43,564 bases of DNA from Polymyxa betae A26-41 (GCA_003693705.1 RBZT01000806.1:1-43564), one strand, 5' to 3'; shown: positions 16,801 through 32,550, counted from the stretch's first letter. Numbers and translations: made by a program. The notes: generated from the letters alone by a model not told the origin.

Positions 16801-17542
16801 ATCATACAGTGCCGAGCCCAATTCAGTTCCGGACATCTTCGCAGCTATCAAGTCGTACTGAACCGTATACAAAAACCATCTGTAGATATTGGTGTATTAT
16901 CATGGAGAAATAGGTTCAATGGTGATCTATGATCTCACAATATGAGAGTGATGAAGGCTTGGGCGATCCAGACGAGGGTCAATGCGACCAGAATCACGCT
17001 GGTGATCAGCGTTGGGGAGACGGCGTTCAGGATCGTGGCCGCCACCACAACGACGGGTAGGACGAAGCTCACGATTCGGACCCAGCGACGACGACGGGCG
17101 TGCTGGCCCCGCGCTCATCTGGATGATGCCATCGATCGTGCTGGTTTCGGATCTCGTTGTTTCGTGCCAGGGTCGAGTACGCCCACATCGCCCGGCTGCG
17201 TGCTATCCCATCATCAGCAATGATCAAATCACGATACCATTCTACAACTTAAGAAAATTCTCAAGAGTTTTCAAAGACCGAAAATTGTAGAAGAATTTTG
17301 CCATACACGGATCGATGGAGGTGGGAGGAATTGGAGCGAGATGATATCGAGGCTCGGCTTGAGATTGCGGACTTACGGTCGAGGCTGCCGTCCGCATCAA
17401 CCCGGGGCCAGCACCGCCGCTGATCAGGCAAAGCATGGCAAGCACAGCTGATATCATTGGAGGGCGACATCAAGTCCGTGGGGAATGGCTTTCATGGTTT
17501 GCCGTGCGACTGCGAACCTCACTGTTGTCTTGCGTGATGCCG

Positions 17543-17560
17543 ACCCTAGAACCCTAAACC
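17543..17560. promoter_or_regulatory. Telomere-repeat (telo-box-like) cluster upstream of the cryptic gene
   Basis: accctagaaccctaaacc, about 85 bp upstream of the ATG at 17457. Confidence 0.4.
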
Positions 17561-17960
17561 TTTAATTTTTCCAGTGCTGAACTCTTGCTAGACTGTGATT
17601 GCCACGACGGATTTTGCATCAATTTTCCATTAATGATGACTGATTTGTAACAATGGTACATTGATACAATTTTTGCCAATATCTTGCCTCATCTGACATT
17701 CTCGCATGCAATACGAAACCAGCAAAAGAAGGCGGTTTGCACGAATCGGACAATACGGCCCAAGATGTCCTTTCAATAATGCAATTGTTATAATTCAATA
17801 ATCACTTTGTGAATCCCAATGTTTTTATTAAGCGTTAGCTGAAAAGTCCAAATGTTCAACTACTAAAGGAAGATCCGACAGTTGTCACGCTGATAGCAGA
17901 ATAATTTGTATTAGGTAAAGTGAGCCACGGTAAAGTGGCTTTCATCAAGTACTATTTTGA

Positions 17961-20900
17961 TCACTTAATCTTTCCTTGACGCGGCTTCCGGGCGAGACGA
18001 GTCCTGACTGGCGGGCCTGCGACAGCGGCACTCTGGCGAGGCCGCATCCGACTGGCCGAACTCCTTGCGGGCTGAACATCGCCTTCACGCACCTGATCGT
18101 GATCTCAGTCCGGAGCCAGTCGACGAAACGTAAGCCCCAAGTGCAAGAGTTGACGTAACCCTACCTTATCTTGACCATCGATCGTATCAGCTGGTCCGTG
18201 ATCGATCCCATGTTTAGCGGTGGTGGCCGCGCCATGTAACATAAGCGTGTAGTCTGGGCCGCCAGTCACGGAACACACGGCATCGACGCGCAGTTCCCGA
18301 TTCGGACGTCCGAAGAAGGTGAACTGAAAAGTGCGAGACGCGCCGGGCTCGATGCGCCCGAACAGCGGTTCCACATCCAAGACTATGGTGCGGGTAACGT
18401 CAGCGCCCGTATCGTTAACAGACACCGGAGTTACCTCGAGCGACGTCGTCCGCATGTTCCGGGTCGGCCCGCAGCGACCAGGAGAAATCGGCGGCCAGTA
18501 CGGTCGGGTTGGTGGCCACGACACGTTTTACGGCAAATGTGTTATTCACGATCGTTCCGAAACTGCACGGATGCTGCTCAGTGTAACGAATCGAGACAAT
18601 TCCCAATCTGCGGAACTTGAAAAAACATTTCAAACAAAATGTGCAGCCCAGAAGAGTGCGCTCAGAAAAGTAGGGCGTTGTGCGAATTTATGCGTAAAAT
18701 ATGACAGAGAGATAATACACAGTCACAAAAGTAAAAAGTGCGAGCTTCGAAAAGTGCGAGCTTCGAAAAGTGCGAGATTTGAAAGAGAAAAGTGCGGACA
18801 AAGGATCCGAACTGCCTGTGATGGAAACACGGAACAAGCAGAAATGTGAAATAAATGCGCCCTGCATACTCGATCTGTGTCGGGGACCAGGCCACATTCG
18901 GGTACCATATCTGCGCAGATAGCGGGATGCGATCTCGACCCGGATGATTGACGAAGGCCACCACGAGCTGGCCCCGGACCAGTTCACTGACGCCGGGCTG
19001 CGCCGGACCGATCGGCAACGTGACCTCGACGGAGACCTGTTGGCCCGGGGCCAGCACCACTTCCAGCCGATCGACGGTGAACGGCTGCTTGACGCCGATC
19101 ACGAAGGAGACGGGCAGCGGGGTCACGTTACGCATCACGGTCGTCTTCGACAATGAGCGGACCTGAGCGCTGTCAGCCGTTGAGTCCGTGGCGGGATGCG
19201 TGACACGATACCGTCTGATCGATCTGATGTCGATACTCGAAATGGATGTCCGGCACGGAGAACTCGACGTGCGGGTGCACGAAGGTGGCGAGTAGTTGCG
19301 TGGCGGCCACGGAGTGCCCCTCTTTATCCCCGGAATACAGGCCCACGCAAGTCCAGGACTCATCGATAGTACGGGGACCTGGGCTGCTCCCCTCGATTGT
19401 GAACTGGACGGACTGAGCGGACGCCAGCGTCACTTTATCGGGTCGGAACTGGAACGCGGCCGCCTCGGACCCGTTGTAACGCCAGGTCAGAGCCTGGGCG
19501 CGGACTCCATCGTTCCGTAACGTGAACGTACGCCTAAACTATCATTACTGGATATGATGCGATCACGTTACATGCGCTTACGTGACGGTTTGTACGGACA
19601 TCTGATATCCCATATCGATAGAGGTTAGATCCATATCTGTACATGTGATAGTTGAGCCGAGACCAACAGCTCGGCATTGAACCTGGGCTGCGTCTCCGTC
19701 ATCAACCAGGATGTGAATCAAGTCCCGGAACACGGCATTGTCTTTACATGTCAGATGAACTGTTACCTCCAACTAGTAACCATGGTTACATTACAGATAG
19801 AACAGTCACGCAAACTTAACGACAATATTGCTTCGAAACTTAAAAAAAAATGGAAAGCAGTTGGAAAAAACTGAGAGGAAACTGCGAACGAATTTGCTTA
19901 AGTGATCTGGAACCTGTTGTCCTGGAGCGATTGTTCCCTCTCTCGGAGTCGCCACAAAACTTGAGTAGCGTTTGGCAGCGAATGCTACGAACCGGGCCTC
20001 GATCGGGGTTTCGTTACGCATCGTGAAACGTAATTGGACGGGTTGCAGGACAGGCACGTTGCGGAAATCGAGCAGGTTCCGGGACAGGACCAGGTGCGGA
20101 CCTATCCCGGACCCCGTGATCGACACTTGGAAAGGGGCTGCGCTGTTCCCACAAGTCCGAATGTAAATTCCGATATCGATGTCGCCTGTTGCAGGGATTG
20201 TCAGGTCACAGGATGGTAACGTAAATGTAACGTGAGCGTATCGTTCGTCACGCTGTAACATGAACACTCACCGAGGGCTTCGGCGAAGAAGGTGATCTTG
20301 AGCGGGAACGTTGAGTGCGGCAGAATGGTCGCGGACTCCGTATCGAAGCGGAGGCGGCCCTGACCTTTACGATACATGGTCAGGTCCGTGACGATCTCAA
20401 ACCGGACGGCCAGATCGCTCGAATTCGATAGCTCCAGGACTTGCCCGTACGCATATCTGTAACATCAAGGCCTCAGTTCGAGGCAACTAACGTAAACGTA
20501 ACGTGAATCCTGGGCGCCACACTGCGAAAGGAAGGGAGACAGTCCCCTCAATCATAACAGTAAAAATGCGTCACGATACTGTCAACGTTACCTGACGTAA
20601 CAGCGCCCGAAGTCGACATGTTCGGCGCCGAATTCAATGTCCGGGACCTGACAGACGGCATCGAGCGGAATCCGTAACAGATCCGTTTCCACATCTACAG
20701 GAGACAGCCATCACACTCTCCGACGTAACGCAGCCATATGTCATCATGTTACTTTCAATATCGATACAGATATGGTGCAGATTGTAACACTGGACTGTCT
20801 CGCTGCACAGATCGACCTCGAACTGCACCGTCTGCTGGGGCAGTACGGCCACGACGGACGGACGAATGTCGATCTGCAGTTAAAGGTAGTATCAAACAAG

Positions 20901-23444
20901 ATACGTTACAGGTAACGTCAGTTAAAAAACCCAGAAACACATAATCGAAAAAAAAACGAAAAAAACAACAACAACTCCGTAACGAAACACTGGTGTCACG
21001 TTACTTCACGTTGAAGGAACTTGCCGTCTTGAGGACACCGTAACAGTAATCGGATGGGGATTTCACTCGTGTTACGTAATTTGAACGATCGCGTCGTGAC
21101 AAATCCGTACGCAACCAGACCAAAGTCGAGACGCTCGCAGTCCGCCTCGAACGTCGGCGCTACTACGTTACCGGAGATTGTTAGCGTGATCGGCGTTACC
21201 GAACCCGATAACGTCCATGTTAGAACCTGATTTCAACATTGTTATATTTTTGTAACAGAACATCAGCTGGGAAATGAGTTCGCAAAACAGTTCGGTGCAG
21301 TTAGCAATGACAGTGTGTAAAGCAAATGAAACGTGATTGTAACGAAACCGCAGCGTGAAGAGCGGACGCACCTCATGGAATATTCCGAGCATATCGGTTG
21401 AGAATGTGATAGCAATGGTCCGGGATTGTCCAGATTCTAATACACCATACGATGGGTCGCATACAAACCTGTATCAGACGCACAGATTTAGTCCACTGTT
21501 AAACAAGTGCGGCCAACAGAATTGTAACATTAACCAAAACATTCGATTGTAACATAAACCGAGTGATTCGATAGTAACAGAAATCGACTGATTCCGCAGA
21601 AGCTGTTGGAACAGCGATAAGGAAACGTCAAGTGATGTGTAACATAAGACAGTAAACCGATTCTGTAGTGAACCTTTGTGAGGAATTTGGGACCGTGAGT
21701 GAGAATTCGGCCTGGATCTGTCCGACGTTCTTGAGTACGGCCTCGTAACGATACACGGCGTTAACGTAAACATCTCCGATATCGAGTGTATCGAACGAGA
21801 ACAGGGCCGTCGGCCCGATCCCCTTCCCTGTCAGGCGTAGCGGAAGACGCTGCGAACGGCCTCCCACGTTACAGTACGCCCAGGCCGTATATGTATCCGA
21901 CGCCGATGGGCGAAACGTGGCCGTGAATTCTGAGCCAAACCGTAACGTTAACAAGACAAGCGATCCGCCGTGGAATAAAACCCAAACTATCAATTTGATG
22001 CAGACGGTAACGTGAACAAATGGAAAGCAACATAAGACTGGGATGGTCACGTTACCTATGAATCCGCCCGGATACAGTTCACCGTGGAGCGGCTCGATCG
22101 AGAAGTGCGCGTCCTCGAACAGGATCGGCGGGGCCGCCGCCGTGTCCGGAGTCTCCCCGTGGCCGTGCTGGCCATCGGCACCGGTCAGAGGCTCGGACGG
22201 CGAGTCACACGCATTCCGCATCCAGTTATACGTTACAGGGATATCGCTATCATTGAAGAGACGGAAGCTGGCCACGGTACAGAGATGGATACACGCTGGC
22301 GGTAGATCGACCTGGTCCGAATCCAGACTGATCTCCACATCCTGCACCGTGGCGGACATCTACAGCAACGGATTCAGTGGGTCAATACGCACCCAAAGCG
22401 ACGACGATGGTCCAGCAGAGGCCGAAACATCCGATCGAAAACGTTTCAAACATTTTGAAAGAACTATTCTGCAACAGTAAAAAGAATGTCGGAAAACAGT
22501 TCCGGAATCGATCTGAAAACGATGCCGAAAAAAGTGTTTTTTTGTAAAAAATTGTAAAAAGAACGAAAACTTTCCAGTATGAGCACCGACCTCTATGAGT
22601 TTATGTTGTCGGCCTTTATCGTAGACCAGTTCCATCCGTCCCTGGACATCGCCGGTCATCGGGCCAGCGGCGAACTCGAACTGGACCTGGGCGTGCTGAT
22701 CGGGGACCAGGACGCCCTGGACGGGGACCGCCCGGAACGGGAGGCCGGCCGGCAGACGCATCTCCCAGGCGACCTCGTTGCGGCCCACGTTACGCAGCAG
22801 GTGCGGCTGCATGGTCACATGATTGGCGGGCACCGATTCGAATCGGATCGCATCGGGGAAATCCAGCTGAGCGGGTCGGCCGAGGGCCTCTACGACCACC
22901 TCGAACTGTTCCCGTTCCGTGACGACCACGATCTGACATGCGTAGCTCATGTGTTCATCGGCAGCCGTGAAGGTCACGCGGAACTTGACCTCGATGCCCG
23001 GCGCCACCTGTTGCATGGAAAGTCAACTCAGGAAACCATAATGTAACGAAAACGGGAAACGTAAAAAGCTTGAACGAACGTAGCGCAAAATCCAAAACTC
23101 TGTATGGTAGGTAGGACCTTGGAGGCGCGTTTTCCGGAGGTGAGGAATGGCGAGACCGAGAACCAGGTCGACTCGGGTGGCACGACGCGGACGCGGCGTG
23201 CCACTGTATCGTGATTGCGCAGGCGGACCACGACGCTGACGGGCTCGAACGCCGTATATTCCGTGAACTGAACGCGGGCCGGATATGCAGCAAACAGCGG
23301 CTGCCCGAGCGGCAGGGCCGAGGCCCGGCTCCGCGGTCCTGGAGACGCCGCCGCCGCCACGCCGACATCATCGTCCTCCGCCTTCGTTCGGCCCGGGGAC
23401 GCCGCACGCCCGCATTCGAAACCTTCGGCGCCAGGCGTCATCAT
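17961..23444 (-). CDS. Hydin-like ASH/PapD-repeat axonemal protein, short form (~16 exons, ~1,200 aa by manual exon tally)
   Basis: Colinear with the HYDIN N-terminal region as I recall it: LFAAYPARVQF..LRNHD..RRVRV, KVAPG, VVTEREQFEV..LDFPD, FSIEPLHGELYP, GRSQRLPLRLTGKGIGP..FSFDTLDIGDVY, PTFE..LDFGLVAYGF, VEPLFGRIEPG..FTFFG..GGPDY. Last exon ends PRQGKIK*. Confidence 0.85.
18734..18781 (+). repeat. Intronic 16-bp tandem repeat x3
   Basis: aaaagtgcgagcttcg x2 plus aaaagtgcgagatttg; degenerate aaagtgcg copy nearby. Confidence 0.9.
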
Positions 23445-23639
23445 GGGAAACACTGACGATCGGGTCGGCCTGTGACGGGTACGTCATCATGGCCGCTGGG
23501 CGTGCTGGACCTTCCGGAGACCGCGAAATGACGCCTGAAGGCACGAACAGGCGATTGTTTTCCGAAGCATTTCTTTGATGTGAGGCCAGTTCTGAACGAT
23601 GTGATTGTTTGCAATTCCGGTCTTAGTCTCAGCTGAGGC

Positions 23640-23663
23640 TTAGGGTTTAGGGTTTAGGGTTTA
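23640..23663. promoter_or_regulatory. Interstitial (TTTAGGG)3 upstream of the Hydin-like gene
   Basis: ttagggtttagggtttagggttta, about 200 bp upstream of the ATG at 23444. Confidence 0.6.
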
Positions 23664-24285
23664 CTTCTCATACATACACACTTGGCAAAAGGCCATAGAG
23701 ATGTGATGGTCATTGATTGACTCGTTCATAGACTGATATGAACAAAAGGGTATCGATTATTCTAGCTAGTACATTGCCATTGTCGATATTAAGCAGAAGC
23801 TTCTATCACAAACAGGCGACCTTGTTACTGCTCTTTGATAGGAAGTGTCTTATCATCCCAAATTCGTAGTTGAGTGATTTCTAAAGTGCCGGGAACAAAA
23901 TGAAGCAACAATAAGCAGCATGTCTGCAATATTCGTAGGATAAGTTCGAGGCTCACTGATCGCGCTCCATACAAGTTACATTTCGAAGATTCTAGTTGAG
24001 TTTCTGTATGAAGACTTCGGAATGAAGATTCGCATCCCGACATGATAAATCGAATATTATGACAATGTATTGACACTGGAACAATGACATTATAAAACAT
24101 GACTATCATATACGGGCGTTGTACGTACTGACTCTGCATCAAGTATTTCGGACATAAAGAGCATGTTGAAGGGCAGCCGTTGATATGGGCGGCTTTTGTA
24201 TCGAAGGCGGATAGAGAGAACGTGCTGTGATCATGCCAAGCGGACCAAGACGCCGATTCAATGTCAGATTGTTGGAATAATGCAA

Positions 24286-25717
24286 TTATACAGGCGCCGA
24301 AGGCTGTGATGTGATCTGCATGGCCGTGATACCGCTCTCGCTCCCAATCAATAACGCTTGTCGTTTCTCGGACCAGACCAACGGTGATGCCGCGTATTCG
24401 GTCGGTTGAGATTCATGAAGAAGCGACCCGGAGCTGATATCGAAGCAACGAAGCCGCCGATCGCTGGAATGAGTGAAGACTCTCATGCCGCCGATATCGG
24501 CATGAGCGCGAACGGGAGCCATCGACCCCGATTTCACATTGTGAATGTATGGCAGGATCGTTCGATACATTCGACGATCAAGCAATAACACAGAGCCGCT
24601 GGATGTAGCGACCAGAAGGCGGGCGTCGCCAGGGAGAAGCTGAATCCATGAGACGCTGCCATCCAGACGAGCATTGGCACAGATTTCGGAAGGCGATCGG
24701 AAGTCGATCTGATCGAGGAATCCGCTGCGGGTGCCGCAGAGTAGCGACGAGCGTGATTCCGAATGGACGCAGACGACGTCGACGTTCTTGCGGCCGAAGG
24801 GGCGCCTCCTTCGGCTCTCGGTGTCGATGACAAAAGCGCCCCGGCTGCAGCCGATGGCGATACAATCTGTATTCGGAATTGGCGCACACGACCAGACCCT
24901 AAACAAGATGGAGCAGAGCTGAGAAAGGAGGCTAATATGAGAAGATTCACAATAAAAGCGAAAACAAAAGCTAAAAATCGTATTAACATAACAAGATTGA
25001 AAATGCAATTGGGGAATGTATGAAAGAAAAAATGTCAAAACAGTTCGAAAATGTTGAAAAAAAGAAAATGAAAGAAAAAACAATGAGATTTATTCACATG
25101 GAAATGTCAAAGGGCGCTTACGATTTGTGAGGGATGGAGAGTCGCATGGCGCATTCAGGCAGGCTCAGATGCTGATAGAAGACAGATCCAGCCTCTGTAT
25201 TACCCAATGTGCTATAAAACACATAATCATTCCGCACCATCAAAGACGTGAAGATCGAAGGCGATTTGGCGCCGATCACACTCGGCTCGTCTTCGGGCTC
25301 GAAATCCAACGGATCGTCGTCGTTGAGCAGGACTGAATTGAGCTCCGAAAGATGCCTGGACATGGGATTGGTGCCAGCAGCGATGACGATGTCGTCGCAT
25401 AAGGCGATGGCCTGATTGGCGGGCAGCATGTTCGTGCTGGAGACGGTTCGCAGCAGATTCGGCGTCATCAGACGAATCTGGGAGCAGCGCCGGCAAGCGA
25501 GCGGCGACGATAGACCCGCCTCACGATATTGAAGCGACCTGATAAACGAGCAGACATGGTCGTGACGAATCGTCGAGCTGATCTGGAGAGGCGGCGGCGC
25601 AGGAGCAGACAATGCAGGCGTTGGCTGCGAGCGATCGACGGCGAAGTAGCGGTTCAGGACCGGGTCGTAGCGAAAGCCGGGCAGGTCGGGTGGCGGTCGC
25701 TGATTCGACGGCGACAT
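24286..25717 (-). CDS. DCAF4/WDR21-like WD40 protein (CUL4-DDB1 substrate receptor), 2 exons, ~402 aa
   Basis: N-terminal DLPGFRYDPVLNRYF motif typical of DCAF4/WDR21. WD40-like strands with DxR (IDFRS, LDRR). GT-AG intron 25121-24899 keeps the frame. Confidence 0.75.
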
Positions 25718-25784
25718 TTGACAACGAATCAAATGAGCGCAGTCGAATGACCCCAACAATCAGCCCGTTATGACCGCTCTCTCC

Positions 25785-25811
25785 AAAACCCTAACCCTAG
25801 CGAAACCCTAA
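25785..25811. promoter_or_regulatory. Telomere-repeat (telo-box-like) cluster between divergent genes
   Basis: aaaaccctaaccctagcgaaaccctaa, about 70 bp upstream of the ATG at 25717. Confidence 0.55.
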
Positions 25812-26286
25812 TCAATAGCAAACCTTCTAGCAGTGACGCGTAAACTTTTTTTGAAATACTGTTACAACAGTATATGGAGCAACATAAGAGCTGCTGAGCT
25901 AACTTCGTTAAGCAGTTGGATTTTAGATCTTTTAGCTCAAAAAAATTCAAAAGCCTGCAAAGTTTCCGACTCCTAGCTGCTGTAAATCGAAAAAGCAGAG
26001 ATGTGGTTATGGATGCATGAAGTTGAGGGATCGCCAGAAGGGACAAAAGAGTGCAGAAAACGGCCAATCAATGTCAGCTCTCGCTTCTATCACAGGTTGT
26101 ATCGATTGCCTGATAGCATCAGTGTAGCCAACTGCCGGCATCATTGGACGAATCAATACGATTACTGGCAACTTTATACCAGTGTGAGGGTGCATAAAAA
26201 CGTGTCGAAGCCGGTCAAAGTCCGCCAGACATATCGAGGACGTGGCCCGTGGCGGCGTGTTTGGTTATGGGACCCTTTACCCGTTA

Positions 26287-26937
26287 ATGGGACACGTCCT
26301 AATGATCGCCTTCTACTGGGTCCTACTGATTCTGTTCTCCAATGTCGAATCCGTCAATGTGATAACATCTTCAAGCCCGTTTGTTGTCGCTTCGCCATCT
26401 GCCTTCCGTCCTTTCCACGCTCGTCTACCGCCCGGTGGTTCTCGAATCGTCATGCGGCCTGTGGACCCAGTCGTACCGGTCCTACGACAGCTCTGGGAGC
26501 CAAGCCCGATCCCGTTTGGCACGATGGCGCCCTTGCTCAGAACCGAATTCGAGGACAGTTCCGACGACCTGTGTCCACCAATTTCGGCCGTTCTCAACGG
26601 CCACCAGATCGCTACAATAACCCCCCAAGCCTTAGACGAAGAAATCGTTGCGATACAGATCACGGTCTGGGACGTAGAATGTCCCGATGCGGTCATCGCG
26701 GGCCTGTATGACGCCATGCTGGAGGAACTGGCCGCCTGGATGTATGTCTACGTACTGACCGAAGTCGACGATGATCTGGCTGGGTTGATGGCGAAGCTGG
26801 GATTCGCACCGATATCGGTTCAGGATCTATTGAACCTGCCGAAGAGGACGAATCCTTCCGCGAGGCCATTCGACGATTTACCGAACAGGACCTCACCTGA
26901 TGTTAAATTTTGGATGAACGAACTGGTTATCAGCTAG
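26287..26937 (+). CDS. Secreted protein (216 aa) with degenerate GNAT acetyltransferase-like fold; candidate effector
   Basis: Single exon. Signal-like MGHVLMIAFYWVLLILFSNVES. RIVMRP...GLYDAMLEELAA...VYVLTE...LMAKLGF...FWMNEL follows GNAT motif order. Confidence 0.7.
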   Translation: MGHVLMIAFYWVLLILFSNVESVNVITSSSPFVVASPSAFRPFHARLPPGGSRIVMRPVDPVVPVLRQLWEPSPIPFGTMAPLLRTEFEDSSDDLCPPISAVLNGHQIATITPQALDEEIVAIQITVWDVECPDAVIAGLYDAMLEELAAWMYVYVLTEVDDDLAGLMAKLGFAPISVQDLLNLPKRTNPSARPFDDLPNRTSPDVKFWMNELVIS

Positions 26938-27379
26938 AAAAGGTCTACTAAACCGGATGGATATATTTGCTTAAATTCGGATTTTTGATCGCATTCGATA
27001 AGAACATTGATTTCAAACAGCTATCACGATCAATGTGATCAGAGAAGCATACCCTGTAGATATGCTGCTTACTTTCACAACAGGAAAGAATTGGACGTAA
27101 GCATGATCGAACCTGAGTGATAGCCATAAAGTGATAGCATAATGTACTGAGGTAGGTAAATTGGATGATAAATTTAAAACAGTTTGTCGCATGCTCAAGG
27201 ATCGCGTTCGTCACCAGAACAATGTCTGCGGGTCACCAAGATGTCGCTCATGCCCATTTGGCGCTGAATCACAATTAGAGCGCAATCTAGACAGCCTATG
27301 AAAAAACAAATATCGGAACCCGAGATGCATTCGGAACTCAAATAGAGAAAACGAAAAGTTGACAGAGAGCAGATTAATC

Positions 27380-31893
<4,514 letters not shown>

Positions 31894-32550
31894 AGCGTCG
31901 CCAGCCTTGGCCGGCAGCGATGGATTGCGGCAAAATCGGGCGTGACAACCTCCCCGAGTAGCAGACACTGTGACGGCGGGCCGCTCTCCCGCCTATTGGG
32001 TGGCCGCTCCGCTCATGAGGGTTTGCTGTCACTCCATTCAGCTGATTCTACAGAACCAAACTGTCAAATGGAGAGAACATCAATGCAAATGGTTGCACAA
32101 TGACAGAATACGGTCGGGCTAAATGAATTGAATGCGGGAGGCTGGGAATTAGCTAGCAGTGGCAGTGACATGGCGCTTTCCGTCAATCTAATTCGGTTTT
32201 CAAATGGAAAATAGTTGAGTATGCAATTCATGATTTGTGCTCAATCTGCCAAACAAATGGAATGCCAGTTGTATCGTGGCTCTGCATCCATGATATCAGT
32301 TAACGGATTGATGCCTAATTTCGATACTGGGATTTGCCAGATTTGCCTTCTAGCATGCAGCAGAAAGTCAACTGCATTTATGCCATCTGATAACAAACCT
32401 TTTTACATAGGTGAAAAAATATCTAGACAGATAGAGCCATTTCATTGCGAGAACAAATGCTTCACCATGTTTGGATGGGTCATCAACTCATCATTACAGT
32501 TGGATAAAAGACGGATTGCATCTCTTGACACGACAGCAAACAAAAACGAA

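Larger units (their letters stand above)
16259..17457 (-). pseudogene. Cryptic ~5-exon gene for a putative signal-peptide plus two-TM protein; frameshifted (pseudogene or assembly indels)
   Basis: GC-rich segments flanked by GT/AG sites. Signal-like MISAVLAMLCLISGGAG; hydrophobic RWVRIVSFVLPVVVVAATILNAVSPTLITSVILVALTLVWIAQAFITLI spliced to LWFLYTV; last exon 16449-16259. A continuous frame needs +1 base in the C4 and G4 runs. Confidence 0.45.

Noticed and set aside
17113-17118. In-frame TGA before the TM segment as readthrough or selenocysteine
   Set aside because: The upstream frame has more stops, and a 1-bp homopolymer indel explains the data more simply. All conserved genes here use the standard code.
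18331-23578. Long plus-strand ORFs over the Hydin-like gene
   Set aside because: Antisense shadows of GC-rich exons.
23640-23663. Chromosome end or telomere fusion
   Set aside because: Only three units, flanked by ordinary genes; treated as an interstitial, promoter-proximal motif.
26001-26711. 236-aa ORF overlapping the secreted GNAT-like gene
   Set aside because: Arg-rich alternative-frame composition; the 26287 frame has the signal peptide and fold-like pattern.
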